Source: Nitrospiraceae bacterium (GTDB lineage Bacteria; Nitrospirota; Nitrospiria; Nitrospirales; Nitrospiraceae). From it: a stretch of DNA of 64,000 bases. The notes beneath the pieces were generated by a model that was given only the letters and a program-made list of their open reading frames with translations, searched no databases and was not told where the DNA came from. The position numbers and the translations under genes were made by a program. The stretch spans positions 1-64,000 of the forward strand of contig JBBIQV010000007.1 in NCBI GenBank assembly GCA_037442105.1. Direction: 5' to 3'. Positions 29,365 to 40,030 of the stretch are shown piece by piece. Within the stretch, counting starts at the first letter, position 1; every line of letters begins with the position of its first letter.

Positions 29365-30248
29365 TTCCCCTTCCGCACCAGGCTGCGAAAGCGGCCATCC
29401 AGCAAGCGTTGCAGGAAGACGCGGGCTCCGGTGATGTCACCACCGCCGCCCTCTTTCCGACTCCCTGCGCCGCCCGTGCCACACTCGTCGCTCGCCAGCA
29501 TGCGGTCGCCGCAGGAGTGATCATTGCGCGCGACACGTTTCTCGCGGTCGATCCGACATTGCGCATCACCCATGTTGCCGAGGAAGGGACGCCGGTGCGG
29601 GAAGGAGTGCCCTTGCTGGAGGTCACAGGCGATGGCCGCTCACTCTTGATGGCGGAACGGGTGGCGCTCAATTTCCTGCAGAGGCTCTCCGGCATCGCCA
29701 CGCTCACCGCGCAATTTTGTCATGCCGTGCGCGGGTATCGCACGAAGATTTTCGACACCAGGAAGACGACGCCGGGACTGAGGCTCCTCGAAAAATGGGC
29801 CGTGCGAATCGGGGGCGGCCACAACCATCGCCAGAATCTGAGCGACGGCATCCTCATCAAAGACAACCATCTGGCCCTGCTCCGTGCAATGGGCCGCTCG
29901 GTCGCCGACGCGTGCCGGATAGCCAGGGAGCGGGCTCCGCACGGACTTCGCATCATCGTCGAAGTCGATCGCCTGGCTCAGGTGCGGGACGCGTTGGAAG
30001 GCAAAGCGGATATCATCCTCTTGGACAACATGACTCCTGAAGAAGTGCACCACGCAGTCGATCTCATTAAAGGCCGGGCCCTGGTTGAAGTCTCCGGAGG
30101 TATTACGCTGGGCAACGTGCGTGAGATGGCCGCCGCCGGCGCCGACTTTATTTCGATCGGAGCATTGACGCACTCCGCTCCAGCCGTGGACATCAGCATG
30201 GAACTCGTGCCACATCGGCAGAAAACCGCGCGGCGGCGCCGCCCATGA
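29361..30248 (+). CDS. nadC: Nicotinate-nucleotide pyrophosphorylase (carboxylating)
   Basis: ED.G.GDVTT, ER.ALN, DTRKT.PG, HR..L.D..LIKDNH, LLDNM, SGG, GALTHS. Confidence 0.96.
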
Positions 30249-31099
30249 CCCTCTCTTCCGCCACGGAGACGCTGACGATCCGAGCCGTTCGCGCTTTCTT
30301 GCAAACCCAAGTACTGGGACGGCAGCTTTCCATCGTGGAGGAAACCGCTTCCACCAACCGCGATGCGTTTGTCCGTGCTCAGGCCGGAGCAGAGAGCGGC
30401 ACCGTGGTGGTCGCGCGATCCCAGACCGCAGGCCGTGGTCGCCGCGGCAGAACCTGGTACTCACCGCCGGGAGAAAATCTCTACTGCTCGATCATCTTTG
30501 CGCCTCCATTGCTCCAACGAGTCACGACACCGGTGCTTCCATGGATCCCGCTTCTGGCGGGAGTTGCAGTCGTCACAGCCGTTCGACAATTGACCGGGCT
30601 TCAGCCCTGCCTGAAATGGCCGAACGACTTGCTTCTGAACGACAAGAAATGCGGCGGGATCTTATGTGAGAGCGGCTACCGCGGCAAAGACCAGCCCTTT
30701 ACCATAATCGGAATCGGCCTTAATGTAAACTCGGACCCTGACAGTTTTCCTGATGAGTTAAAGGCGACGAGCACTTCTCTCCATGCCGGTTCCCACAGCG
30801 TCATCGACCGTGCAGTCCTATTGGCACAGATATTAAATCGGCTGGAACAGCACTTGGCGCTTCTCGCCACGGCTGCGCCGGACCGGTGGCGTGAGGAATA
30901 TGTGGCACACTGTTCGACCGTGGGTCGGCGGGTCCGTGTGGAATGTGCAAACGGCGAACGTCTCGAAGGGCTCGCCGGCGCCATCGGCGAAGACGGCTGT
31001 TTGAAGATTCAAACGGAGCAGTTACGCGCTGATGACGGCTCAAGACGTATAATCGAAGTGCGAGAAGGAGATGTGGTTCATCTGCGTCCTGTTCTGTAG
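30245..31099 (+). CDS. birA: Biotin--[acetyl-CoA-carboxylase] ligase
   Basis: STN, QTAGRGRRGRTW, KWPND, K..GIL.E, GIGLNVN. Confidence 0.94.
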   Translation: MTLSSATETLTIRAVRAFLQTQVLGRQLSIVEETASTNRDAFVRAQAGAESGTVVVARSQTAGRGRRGRTWYSPPGENLYCSIIFAPPLLQRVTTPVLPWIPLLAGVAVVTAVRQLTGLQPCLKWPNDLLLNDKKCGGILCESGYRGKDQPFTIIGIGLNVNSDPDSFPDELKATSTSLHAGSHSVIDRAVLLAQILNRLEQHLALLATAAPDRWREEYVAHCSTVGRRVRVECANGERLEGLAGAIGEDGCLKIQTEQLRADDGSRRIIEVREGDVVHLRPVL

Positions 31100-31131
31100 C
31101 AGCCGCATCTTCCGTATCCGTGGGCACGCAT

Positions 31132-31917
31132 ATGCTACTCTGCATCGACATCGGCAATACCAACATCGTATGGGGAGTTTTCGATCAACGCACTTTGAAG
31201 GGACATTGGCGGATTGCCACCGATCCGCGGAAAACCGCGGACGAATATGGCGCGCTGTTTCTGAGCCTGCTCAACAATGCCGGGATCAGCGCCCACCTTA
31301 TCTCTGATGTGATCCTGTCGAGCGTGGTACCCACCCTGACAGGTACCTTCGAATCAATGGCAGCCTCGCTGTTTGACCGGCCCCCCCTGGTCGCTTCATC
31401 CGAAATGGACAGCGGACTTAAGCTCCGTTACAAGAACCCGGCGGAAATCGGGAGCGATCGGATCGTCAACGCGGCGGCCGCCTATGATAGGTACAAAACC
31501 GACCTCATCATCGTTGATTTCGGTACGGCAACGACATTTTGCGCCGTTTCCAAGGCTGGGGAATATCTCGGCGGCGTGATTGCTCCAGGCCTCGGCATTT
31601 CCGCCGATGCTCTGTTTACGAGAACGGCGAAGTTACCAAAAGTAGAATTCGTGCGTCCTAAGACCGTGATCGGACAAGACACCGGCAGCAGTATTCAATC
31701 CGGCCTTCTCTATGGGTATGCAGGACTGGTCGATGCCATTGTCCGCCGGATGGAGCAAGAGTTAGGGCGCAAAGCAACCGTCGTGGCTACAGGGGGCCTT
31801 AGCTCAATCATCGCGCGCGAAACCCAAACAATCCAGGAGGTGCTTCCTCTCTTGACCTTAGATGGGCTGGAGTTCCTCTACAGGCGAAATGCGAACCGAC
31901 GAAGCGATAGAACATAA
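31132..31917 (+). CDS. coaX: Type III pantothenate kinase
   Basis: DIGNTN, SSVVP, G.DR, VDFGTATT, GG.IAPG, ATGG. Confidence 0.96.
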   Translation: MLLCIDIGNTNIVWGVFDQRTLKGHWRIATDPRKTADEYGALFLSLLNNAGISAHLISDVILSSVVPTLTGTFESMAASLFDRPPLVASSEMDSGLKLRYKNPAEIGSDRIVNAAAAYDRYKTDLIIVDFGTATTFCAVSKAGEYLGGVIAPGLGISADALFTRTAKLPKVEFVRPKTVIGQDTGSSIQSGLLYGYAGLVDAIVRRMEQELGRKATVVATGGLSSIIARETQTIQEVLPLLTLDGLEFLYRRNANRRSDRT

Positions 31918-32033
31918 CGATCCAATTCTCTTCTCACGCCAGCCCTCCTCCGTCACGTGCCAGAACAAATCTCATTGACCCAGTTGACTTTATATTCAGG
32001 GTGGCTATCTCCCCTCCCGAATAGGCATATTGC

Positions 32034-32672
32034 GTGTCACAAGAAGAACAAAAGACGCATACAATCAGCGGGTTAGACTCGGAAACCCCTCAAAGTGGAG
32101 AGGTTTCCGCTCTTTCCGATCAGCGAGAGCCAGAACAGGCAAGCGAGTTGCAAAAGCTCCTGACCGCAAAAGCTGACGAGTGCAATGCCCTGAATGATAA
32201 ATTTCTCCGATTAGCTGCAGAGTTCGAGAATTACAAGCGGTTAAGTCTGCGCGAACAGCGCGACCAAGTCCGTTATGGCAACGAACAGATACTGAAAGAA
32301 TTACTCCCCGTCGTTGACAACCTGGAGCGGGCGATTCAGTCGGCAAAAGACAGCCAAAGTCAGGATGCGCTGATCCAAGGTGTCAATTTGACCCTCAAGC
32401 AGCTCACCGGCGCGTTGACCAAGTTCGGTGTTCGTCCGGTTACAAGCGTCGGGCAGTTATTCGATCCCAAGTGCCATCAGGCTGTTTCACAGGTAGAATC
32501 AGCAATCGTCCCGGAGAACATGATTGTGGAGGAATTTCAGAAAGGCTATCTCTTGCACGACCGAATCTTGCGGGCCGCGATGGTCAGTGTCTCGACCGGC
32601 CAGGCGCAGGGAGCGATCGACGGTTCTTCCTTGCCCGATGGCGACAGACCTCAAGCGGAATGTGAGAGTTAG
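32034..32672 (+). CDS. grpE: Nucleotide exchange factor GrpE
   Basis: LRLAAEFENYKR, LLPVVDNLERA, FDP..HQA, QKGY.L.DR.LR.AMV.V. Confidence 0.97.
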   Translation: MSQEEQKTHTISGLDSETPQSGEVSALSDQREPEQASELQKLLTAKADECNALNDKFLRLAAEFENYKRLSLREQRDQVRYGNEQILKELLPVVDNLERAIQSAKDSQSQDALIQGVNLTLKQLTGALTKFGVRPVTSVGQLFDPKCHQAVSQVESAIVPENMIVEEFQKGYLLHDRILRAAMVSVSTGQAQGAIDGSSLPDGDRPQAECES

Positions 32673-32712
32673 GCACTGAATGCAGTGACTTCATTTACGA
32701 AGGAGCGCACAC

Positions 32713-34638
32713 ATGGGTAAGGTCATCGGCATCGATCTTGGAACCACCAACTCCTGCGTTGCCATTATGAGCGGCGGAGATCCCGTGGTCATCGCAAATG
32801 CGGAGGGCAGTCGAACGACTCCATCCGTAGTCGCTCTGACCGATAAGAGCGAACGCTTGGTCGGCCAGATTGCCAAGCGTCAGGCAATCACCAATCCTGA
32901 AAATACGATCTTCTCCGTCAAACGGCTCATGGGACGAAAGTTCAGGAGCCGCGAGGTGCAGGAAGCGGCAAAGCGCCTCCCCTACAAAGTTGTGGAAGCT
33001 GATAACGGGGATGCTCATGTCGAGTTGCGTGGCAAACGATACAGCCCGCCGGAAATCTCGGCAATGATCCTGCAAAAGATGAAGCAGACGGCGGAGGACT
33101 ACCTGGGTGAGAAAGTGACGGAAGCCGTCATTACCGTGCCGGCCTACTTCGACGACAGCCAGCGCCAGGCAACCAAGGACGCGGGGCAGATCGCCGGCTT
33201 GAACGTGCTCCGGATCATCAACGAGCCTACCGCCGCGTCCCTCGCCTACGGCTTGGACAAGAAGAAAGATGAGCGGATCGCAGTCTATGACCTTGGCGGC
33301 GGCACCTTCGATATCTCCATTCTCGAGATCGGCGACGGCGTGTTCGAGGTCAAGTCCACGAACGGCGATACTTATCTGGGCGGCGACGACTTCGACCTCC
33401 GCGTCATGGATTGGCTGGTCGATGAGTTCAAAAGAGACCAGGGCATCGACCTCCGCAAGGACCGGATGGCGCTGCAGCGGCTCAAGGAGGCGGCCGAGCG
33501 GGCAAAGATCGAGCTGTCTTCGTCGCAGGAGACAGAGATCAATCTGCCGTTCATCACGGCTGATGCCAGCGGACCCAGGCACTTGGTCACCAAACTTACG
33601 CGCGCCAAACTGGAACAACTGGTGGATGATCTTGTTCAACGGACGATCGATCCATGCAAGAAAGCGTTGTCCGATGCAGGCGTCACCTCCAAGGACATCA
33701 ATGAAGTGGTGCTCGTCGGAGGCATGACGCGCATGCCGAAGGTTATCGAGAAAGTCCGCGAGTTTTTCGGGAAAGAGCCGCATCGTGGAGTGAACCCGGA
33801 CGAAGTCGTGGCAATCGGCGCAGGCATTCAAGGCGGTGTTCTGAAAGGCGAGGTCAAGGACGTCCTGCTTCTCGACGTCACGCCGCTGACCCTCGGCATC
33901 GAAACCCTGGGCGGAATTTTCACGCACTTGATCGAGCGGAATACCACCATCCCGACAAAGAAGGGCCAGATTTTCAGTACGGCTTCGGATAGCCAGACTG
34001 CAGTCACCATTCGCGTCTTCCAAGGCGAACGCGAAATGGCCAATGACAACAAACTGCTGGGCCAGTTCGATCTAGTGGGCATCCCCCCGGCTCCCCGCGG
34101 CATGCCGCAAATCGAAGTCACGTTCGACATCGACGCAAACGGCATCGTCCATGTCTCCGCGAAAGACCTGGGAACCGGCAAGGAGCAGTCCATCAAGATC
34201 ACGGCTTCCAGCGGGCTCAGCAAAGAGGAAGTCGAGAAACTGGTCAAGGATGCCCAGTCCCATACCGATGAGGACAAGAAGCGAAGGAAGCTGGCCGAAG
34301 CCCGCAACCAGGCCGACAGCCTCATCTACAACACTGAAAAGAACCTTGCCGAGCACGGGGACAAGGTTGCCGAAGGGGACAAGACGAAGATCACGGACGC
34401 GATCGCCGCGTTACGCAAAGCGATGGAGGGCAGCGACACCGACGCCATCGAAGCAGCTACCAAAACCTTGACGACTGCGTCGTACAAACTCGCCGAGGAA
34501 ATGTATAAGAAGGCTTCCGCTGCCGGTGCGTCATCAGGACCGGCTGATGGAGCCGGCAGCCCAGGGAGCGAGCAGGCCAGGACCGATGAAAAGGTGGTCG
34601 ATGCAGAGTTCGAAGAAGTGGACAAAGACAAAAAGTAG
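32713..34638 (+). CDS. dnaK: Chaperone DnaK
   Basis: [31 protein letters not shown]. Confidence 0.99.
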   Translation: MGKVIGIDLGTTNSCVAIMSGGDPVVIANAEGSRTTPSVVALTDKSERLVGQIAKRQAITNPENTIFSVKRLMGRKFRSREVQEAAKRLPYKVVEADNGDAHVELRGKRYSPPEISAMILQKMKQTAEDYLGEKVTEAVITVPAYFDDSQRQATKDAGQIAGLNVLRIINEPTAASLAYGLDKKKDERIAVYDLGGGTFDISILEIGDGVFEVKSTNGDTYLGGDDFDLRVMDWLVDEFKRDQGIDLRKDRMALQRLKEAAERAKIELSSSQETEINLPFITADASGPRHLVTKLTRAKLEQLVDDLVQRTIDPCKKALSDAGVTSKDINEVVLVGGMTRMPKVIEKVREFFGKEPHRGVNPDEVVAIGAGIQGGVLKGEVKDVLLLDVTPLTLGIETLGGIFTHLIERNTTIPTKKGQIFSTASDSQTAVTIRVFQGEREMANDNKLLGQFDLVGIPPAPRGMPQIEVTFDIDANGIVHVSAKDLGTGKEQSIKITASSGLSKEEVEKLVKDAQSHTDEDKKRRKLAEARNQADSLIYNTEKNLAEHGDKVAEGDKTKITDAIAALRKAMEGSDTDAIEAATKTLTTASYKLAEEMYKKASAAGASSGPADGAGSPGSEQARTDEKVVDAEFEEVDKDKK

Positions 34639-34663
34639 GTTAGAATACGCCATATCAAGAAGA

Positions 34664-34698
34664 CCGAGTTCCGCGCCATGCGGGACTCGGCTTTTTTG
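34664..34698 (+). terminator. Intrinsic terminator/attenuator between dnaK and dnaJ
   Basis: Stem CCGAGTTCCGC / GCGGGACTCGG followed by CTTTTTT. Confidence 0.75.
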
Positions 34699-34714
34699 CA
34701 CCTAACGAGTTCGC

Positions 34715-35842
34715 ATGGCACCGGCATCAAAACGCGATTACTACGATATCCTAGGAGTCGACCGCAACGCCTCCGACGACGAGCTGAAGAAAGCCTATAG
34801 AAAGCTCGCCCGCCAGTACCATCCCGATCTCCAAGCCGGCGACCACCAGAAGAAATCATCCGAAGAAAAATTCAAAGAGGTCAACGAAGCATACGAAGTC
34901 CTGAGCGATCAGGAAAAGCGGAAGCGTTATGACATGTTCGGTCACGCCGGCGCGCAGCAGGGTCAAGGCGGATTCGAAGGCTTTGATTTCGGCCGCGGCG
35001 GGTTCGGCGATGTCTTCAACGACATCTTCGAGGACTTCTTCGGCGCACCGAGAGGAAGAAGCCGGGCCGAGCGAGGCAACGATCTCCAGTACAACCTCGA
35101 ACTCAGCTTCGAAGAAGCGATCTACGGCAAAGAGGCACAGCTCAAGATTCCTCGTTGGGAGGTCTGTCAAGACTGCAAAGGCACCGGTGCACGATCACCC
35201 GGAGCGGTCAAGACTTGCCCGAGCTGCAAAGGGGCCGGCCAGCTTCGGTTCCAGCAAGGATTCTTCAGCGTCAGCCGGCCGTGCGGGCAATGCGACGGCG
35301 CAGGACAGATCATTACCGAACCGTGTAGTGCCTGCCAAGGCCGCCAACGGATCTATCGGGAACGCACCATTTCCGTCCAGATTCCGGCCGGTGTCGAAAC
35401 GGGCATGCGCCTACGCTTGTCCAATGAAGGCGAGCACGGAGTCAACTCCGGCCCGCCGGGTGATCTCTACGTCGCGATCACCGTCAAGCCCCACCCTGTG
35501 TTTACCAGGAAAGGGAACGACATCGCCTGCGACGTGCCGATCAGTTTCGTCACAGCCGTATTGGGAGGAAAGGTAGAGGTCCCCACGCTGAAGGGATCCA
35601 CCGTGATAAAGGTCCCCCCCGGCACGCAGCATGATAAAGTCTTGCGACTCAAAGGACTCGGCGTGCCGAGCTTGAAGGGCCATCAGACCGGCGACCAGAT
35701 CTTCAACATCAAAGTAGAAATTCCCACAAAGCTCACGCCGCGTCAAAAAGAGCTGTTGAGCGAATTTGCCAAAGAATGCGGCATGACCGCCGAAACAGAC
35801 GGCGATGGATTTTTCGACAAGATGAAGACGTTCTTCGAGTAA
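34715..35842 (+). CDS. dnaJ: Chaperone DnaJ
   Basis: J-domain HPD, G/F-rich region, four CxxCxGxG-type repeats. Confidence 0.98.
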   Translation: MAPASKRDYYDILGVDRNASDDELKKAYRKLARQYHPDLQAGDHQKKSSEEKFKEVNEAYEVLSDQEKRKRYDMFGHAGAQQGQGGFEGFDFGRGGFGDVFNDIFEDFFGAPRGRSRAERGNDLQYNLELSFEEAIYGKEAQLKIPRWEVCQDCKGTGARSPGAVKTCPSCKGAGQLRFQQGFFSVSRPCGQCDGAGQIITEPCSACQGRQRIYRERTISVQIPAGVETGMRLRLSNEGEHGVNSGPPGDLYVAITVKPHPVFTRKGNDIACDVPISFVTAVLGGKVEVPTLKGSTVIKVPPGTQHDKVLRLKGLGVPSLKGHQTGDQIFNIKVEIPTKLTPRQKELLSEFAKECGMTAETDGDGFFDKMKTFFE

Positions 35843-35885
35843 CGCCGTTTTCAGAGGCCGCCTCCTACCCGCCGACGGCCACCCC

Positions 35886-36626
35886 ATGCCGGTTTTCTTC
35901 ATCACCTCCCAGCAGGTTCGGAACGGAACGGTCACGATCACCGGCCCTTTACTGGACCATCTGCGAGCGAGTCTCCGGACTCAGGTCGGAGAGCGTCTCT
36001 GGCTGTGCGATGAACGTCAACGCCGCTATTGCGTCCTCGTCTCGCAGCTAAGCAACCGCTTGCTCACCGGCACCGTGTTGGAAGAGCGATCGGCTGCACC
36101 TCTACAGAACCCATCTATCATACTGGCCCAGGCGATTCTGAAGGGGGACCGCATGGACTGGGTCATCCAGAAAGCCACCGAACTGGGGGTCCGTACCATC
36201 ATTCCTTTACAGACCAGACACGGGGTGGTGCGGCCGCGTGCCGCACGGGTAGATGCCCAACATGCCCGATGGCAACGGATTGCGTGGGAGGCCGCCCAGC
36301 AATCAGAACAGTGGGCGGCGCCGTCAATCCAACTCCCGATAGATGTCGAAGCCTTCTTTGCCCAGCCCGGCAATGTGACCGCGAAACTCATTCTGTGTGA
36401 ACGAGCGGCTGGCCAAAGCCTCAGTTCTGTGCCACTGCCGCACGGTCCGGAATCATCGATCGCGGTCGTGATCGGCCCTGAAGGGGGATGGACATCGGAG
36501 GAGCTCGCGCTGGCAGAACAAGCCGGTTTCACCGGCGTGACGCTGGGGGCACGTATTCTGCGAGCCGAGACAGCAGCCGTGGCATCGGTCAGCGTGTTAC
36601 AGAGCCGTCTGGGTGAACTCGGGTGA
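35886..36626 (+). CDS. rsmE: 16S rRNA m3U1498 methyltransferase
   Basis: K.DRMD...QKATELG, EAAQQ, IGPEGG, LG.RILRAETA. Confidence 0.95.
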   Translation: MPVFFITSQQVRNGTVTITGPLLDHLRASLRTQVGERLWLCDERQRRYCVLVSQLSNRLLTGTVLEERSAAPLQNPSIILAQAILKGDRMDWVIQKATELGVRTIIPLQTRHGVVRPRAARVDAQHARWQRIAWEAAQQSEQWAAPSIQLPIDVEAFFAQPGNVTAKLILCERAAGQSLSSVPLPHGPESSIAVVIGPEGGWTSEELALAEQAGFTGVTLGARILRAETAAVASVSVLQSRLGELG

Positions 36627-36633
36627 CAGGCTC

Positions 36634-37635
36634 CTATGGCGAGCCATTGATGTGGACGATCGTGCCCTTTTCCCCCACCGCCCACCCGTGAGCACGCTCC
36701 GGGAAAGACAAGCCCAATAACGACACCTTGGCGGCGGAGTCATACTCGCCCCAATTGAATCCCGCATCCGTTGTTCGGAAAATCACGCCTCGTTCGCCAA
36801 CGATCCAGCCGGTTTGTGGAGCCGTGAACCGGATGCGGATGAGATCAGTCAGCTTCTTGCAGGTCTTGGTACAGGGCAACGTACGATCCACCCAATGCTG
36901 TCCGCCGTCGGTGGTCTGAAACAAGGCGCCCGCATTGCCGACGGCCCAGCCCGTCGAGGGATCCGTAAAGGAGACATCGAAGAATGTCGCAGAACTTTGC
37001 GTGTCTTGAATCGTCCAGGTTTTTCCCCCGTCCTCGGTGGCAACGATGGCGCCAAGCGCGCCGACAGCGGTCCCACGTCGCTCATTCACGAAATGCACCG
37101 CGTACAGCGCGGCATTCGTCCCGCTGGTCTGATCCGTCCAGTTGGCGCCACCGTCCTCTGTGTACAACACAGTTCCGCCTCCGCCCACAACCCAACCGGT
37201 CGAAGCAGAAACGAACGCGACTCCATACAATGGAACTTGGGTATCGGTTGACTGAGCCGCCCAGCTCTCGCCGCCGTCTTTGGTGTGCCTGATCGTTCCT
37301 CCTGCGCCGACGACCCAGCCTCGCTGGGAATCGGCAAAAGAAACGTTGGTCAGGAGCGTCGAGGTCCCACTGGCGAGCCGCCGCCATTTTTTTCCACCGT
37401 CAACGGTCTTGAGGATCGTGCCACCGGCGCCGACAGCCCAGCCCATCTGCGCATCGCGGAAAAAGACACCCATCAGGGTGACCTCTGTCCCGCTCTTCTG
37501 AGACGTGGCAATCGCCGTCGCCGCTGCTGCATACGAAGCCGGCTGGGTGAACGGATCTCCAAGGATGCAAGAGATTGACAGCACCCCGGCAAAGAGCATT
37601 CCGACACGGCTCACTGTTTCAGCAAAGCTCTTCAC
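36634..37635 (-). CDS. YCF48/BNR-repeat beta-propeller exported protein
   Basis: About seven repeats of V.F....GW.VG..G.I..T.DGG..W; GTG 37635 overlaps the upstream stop. Confidence 0.88.
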   Translation of the reverse strand: MKSFAETVSRVGMLFAGVLSISCILGDPFTQPASYAAAATAIATSQKSGTEVTLMGVFFRDAQMGWAVGAGGTILKTVDGGKKWRRLASGTSTLLTNVSFADSQRGWVVGAGGTIRHTKDGGESWAAQSTDTQVPLYGVAFVSASTGWVVGGGGTVLYTEDGGANWTDQTSGTNAALYAVHFVNERRGTAVGALGAIVATEDGGKTWTIQDTQSSATFFDVSFTDPSTGWAVGNAGALFQTTDGGQHWVDRTLPCTKTCKKLTDLIRIRFTAPQTGWIVGERGVIFRTTDAGFNWGEYDSAAKVSLLGLSFPERAHGWAVGEKGTIVHINGSP

Positions 37636-39317
37636 TGGTTGGTATCCGCCGCTCCTCCGGACGGCTGGTTCCAGTAGCTCTGGTCGGGAAGGCCCTGCGC
37701 GCGGATGGTAAACTGACCGGCTTCCAGCGTGAGCCATTTTTTCGGCGTACAGCACGCACCGTCAGGCAACAGATCCCACGAACCGCGACGCACAATCAGC
37801 GGGCCTGTCGCGAGATCAGGAGAAAACTCCGCCTTCTTGCCGATGCCGAAGATGTGCCGGCGCGGCACCCGCGCCTTGATTTCATCATCCGTCCATGAGA
37901 GGACCACCGCCGCCACATTGTTGAACAGCACCTCCGTTCGAGAGACATTCTCGCCGAGTTCGATGGCGGCATCATCGTGCCCGCCTTCATTCAACCCCGG
38001 CTGAGTTGCTTCCGTGGTTTTGATAAATGCGCCGAACCCGGAGCCCTTGATCGTCACAACCTCATCCAATCCGGCGGTCGGCGGCGAAAAAGACTCGATG
38101 GTGGGAGTGATCACCGTGAAGGCGCCCGCCTCCGTCGCAATGATCTCCTTCTCGGCGCAGCAGGAGCCGTCGGGATTGGGCTTGGTGCCGCCGCGCTTCA
38201 CCACCACCGGACCGCTCTTCGCACTGAAGGGGACCCACACATCGATCCGGTCGTCATGCCAGCGATAAATGATCGCCGGTACCCCGCCGATCTCGACACG
38301 GTTCTCGCCCTTATTAAAGTCCGCAAATGCATAGGGGGTGGAACCGCTTTCCGAGTAGAACCCGAAATGCTCTCCAGTGATCTTGATCAACGTGCCGATG
38401 GGCGCACTCGCAGGCGTCACCGCCGTCGCTTTCGGCGTATGGACGGTAAAGTTTCCCACCGTCCGCTCCACACCCCGGTTCTTGAGCACGATCGGACCGC
38501 TGCCAGCATTCAGTGGGACGTGGGCGACAATCAAGTTATCAACCCAGCGTGCCACGGTGGCCGGATGTCCGTTAAACAGGACGGCATCATTGGCTCCCTT
38601 GGCGGAGCCGAACCCTTGACCGAACAACACCACCTTGGTTCCAACCGGCCCACTGAGCGGATCGACGCGGACGGAGGGAATCAAATTGAACGGCATAGCG
38701 TTACTGACGATGTAACGGACCGGCGCGCAGCAGGACCCGTCCGGTAAGGGGTCTGACGACGCCAGTCGCACCACAACGTCGCCTGACGTGGCGTTGGCCG
38801 GGACATCCACCTCAATCTTATCGTCTTTCCAGCGGCGAGGACGAACCTGTATGCCTCCGACGACTACCTCGTTGACGCCGAACATCGAGTTGGGATCGCG
38901 GGGACCGGCCGTATTGCCGAAGTGCTCGCCAGTAATCTGCAACATGCCCCCCGGTTCTACCTCGCTCGGTGTCAGGGCTTTGATGGCAGGCCGTTGAACC
39001 GTAAAGGTTCCGGCTGAAAAGTTCTTTTTTCCGGCCACCACCAGTACCGGACCGTTCGACGCTTGAAACGGGACCTTGACCTCAATAAACTCCGGTTCCC
39101 ACCGTTGGATCAGCGCTGGGACGCCGTTGAAGGTGACCTTATTGAATTGAGCCGACTTGAACGGACCAAATCCTTTCCCCGTGATCGAGACCGTCGCGCC
39201 GGGCGACGCAGCATCAGGAGTGAGGTGTACGGAACGCACCGCCGGCGCCGCCGGCGCCAATCCTTCAGCCGCCAGGAACAGGATCCCGGCACAGAGCAGA
39301 CTCACAAACTCCTTCAT
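37632..39317 (-). CDS. Secreted IPT/TIG-repeat protein with three PDGxCC motifs
   Basis: Signal peptide; five P....G..V.I.G..FG...V.FNG....I..W....I.V.VP repeats. Confidence 0.85.
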   Translation of the reverse strand: MKEFVSLLCAGILFLAAEGLAPAAPAVRSVHLTPDAASPGATVSITGKGFGPFKSAQFNKVTFNGVPALIQRWEPEFIEVKVPFQASNGPVLVVAGKKNFSAGTFTVQRPAIKALTPSEVEPGGMLQITGEHFGNTAGPRDPNSMFGVNEVVVGGIQVRPRRWKDDKIEVDVPANATSGDVVVRLASSDPLPDGSCCAPVRYIVSNAMPFNLIPSVRVDPLSGPVGTKVVLFGQGFGSAKGANDAVLFNGHPATVARWVDNLIVAHVPLNAGSGPIVLKNRGVERTVGNFTVHTPKATAVTPASAPIGTLIKITGEHFGFYSESGSTPYAFADFNKGENRVEIGGVPAIIYRWHDDRIDVWVPFSAKSGPVVVKRGGTKPNPDGSCCAEKEIIATEAGAFTVITPTIESFSPPTAGLDEVVTIKGSGFGAFIKTTEATQPGLNEGGHDDAAIELGENVSRTEVLFNNVAAVVLSWTDDEIKARVPRRHIFGIGKKAEFSPDLATGPLIVRRGSWDLLPDGACCTPKKWLTLEAGQFTIRAQGLPDQSYWNQPSGGAADTNQ

Positions 39318-39534
39318 GGTGTGACTCCAATGTTACGGACACCCCCGCACAGACAAGATCCGGCGTGGGTGCATACCGGCAACTATGCAGAACTTGCGAA
39401 GGCAATTGCCCCGCGCGCGGCACGGAAACCCCACGCATCTGAGGCATGCAGGCCAAAACGGGGATGCAGCGTCAGCGAAGGGACGGAAGGACTATAACAA
39501 GCAGATTTTTTTGATGTCAAGGCGCTTGGAGCCG

Positions 39535-39993
39535 TTAATGGACCTGGACGATCAGCTCCAGTTCTATCGGCGCGTTGAGTGGCAGTTCCGCCGCCCCGAG
39601 TGCCACCCGCGCGTGCCGACCGGCCTCCCCGAAGATCCGGACGAGAAGATCGGACGCACCATTGATGACCATCGGATGTTGGACAAATCCTTCAGCGGAA
39701 GCAACATGTCCCACCATACGGACGATGCGTGTCACCCGGTCAAGCGTACCCAGTTCCTGGCGCACGATGGCCAGCGCGTTGAGCAAGGCCACCCGCGCGG
39801 CTTCCATCCCCTGCTCGACAGACAAGTTTCGTCCCAACTTGCCCACACACGTCAATTGTCCGTCACGGAAAGGAAGCACCCCGCTCAGAAACAACAACTC
39901 GCCGACTTGCACGGCCGGGATGTAGGTAGCGACCGGCTTCGGTGGGCCCGGCAGCTCGATGCCGAGATCCTTGAGTCGTGCTTCGTAGTCCAT
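39535..39993 (-). CDS. RidA/YjgF family protein
   Basis: Y.P, LFLSG.LP, NGAS.L...FG..G.HAR.A.G...LP. Confidence 0.92.
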   Translation of the reverse strand: MDYEARLKDLGIELPGPPKPVATYIPAVQVGELLFLSGVLPFRDGQLTCVGKLGRNLSVEQGMEAARVALLNALAIVRQELGTLDRVTRIVRMVGHVASAEGFVQHPMVINGASDLLVRIFGEAGRHARVALGAAELPLNAPIELELIVQVH

Positions 39994-40030
39994 TGAGCCT
40001 GCTCACCTTTCAGGTTTGACGTCTCACGTC

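Noticed and set aside
31920..32712. CIRCE element or hrcA at grpE-dnaK
   Set aside because: No TTAGCACTC-N9-GAGTGCTAA match; the TTAGGCACTG sequence near 32668 has the wrong spacing; no hrcA in the window.
32695..34023. Long antisense ORF opposite dnaK (also 27709-29358 opposite valS, 10970-12223, 49109-50107)
   Set aside because: Shadow ORFs expected from GC-rich codon bias opposite well-supported genes.
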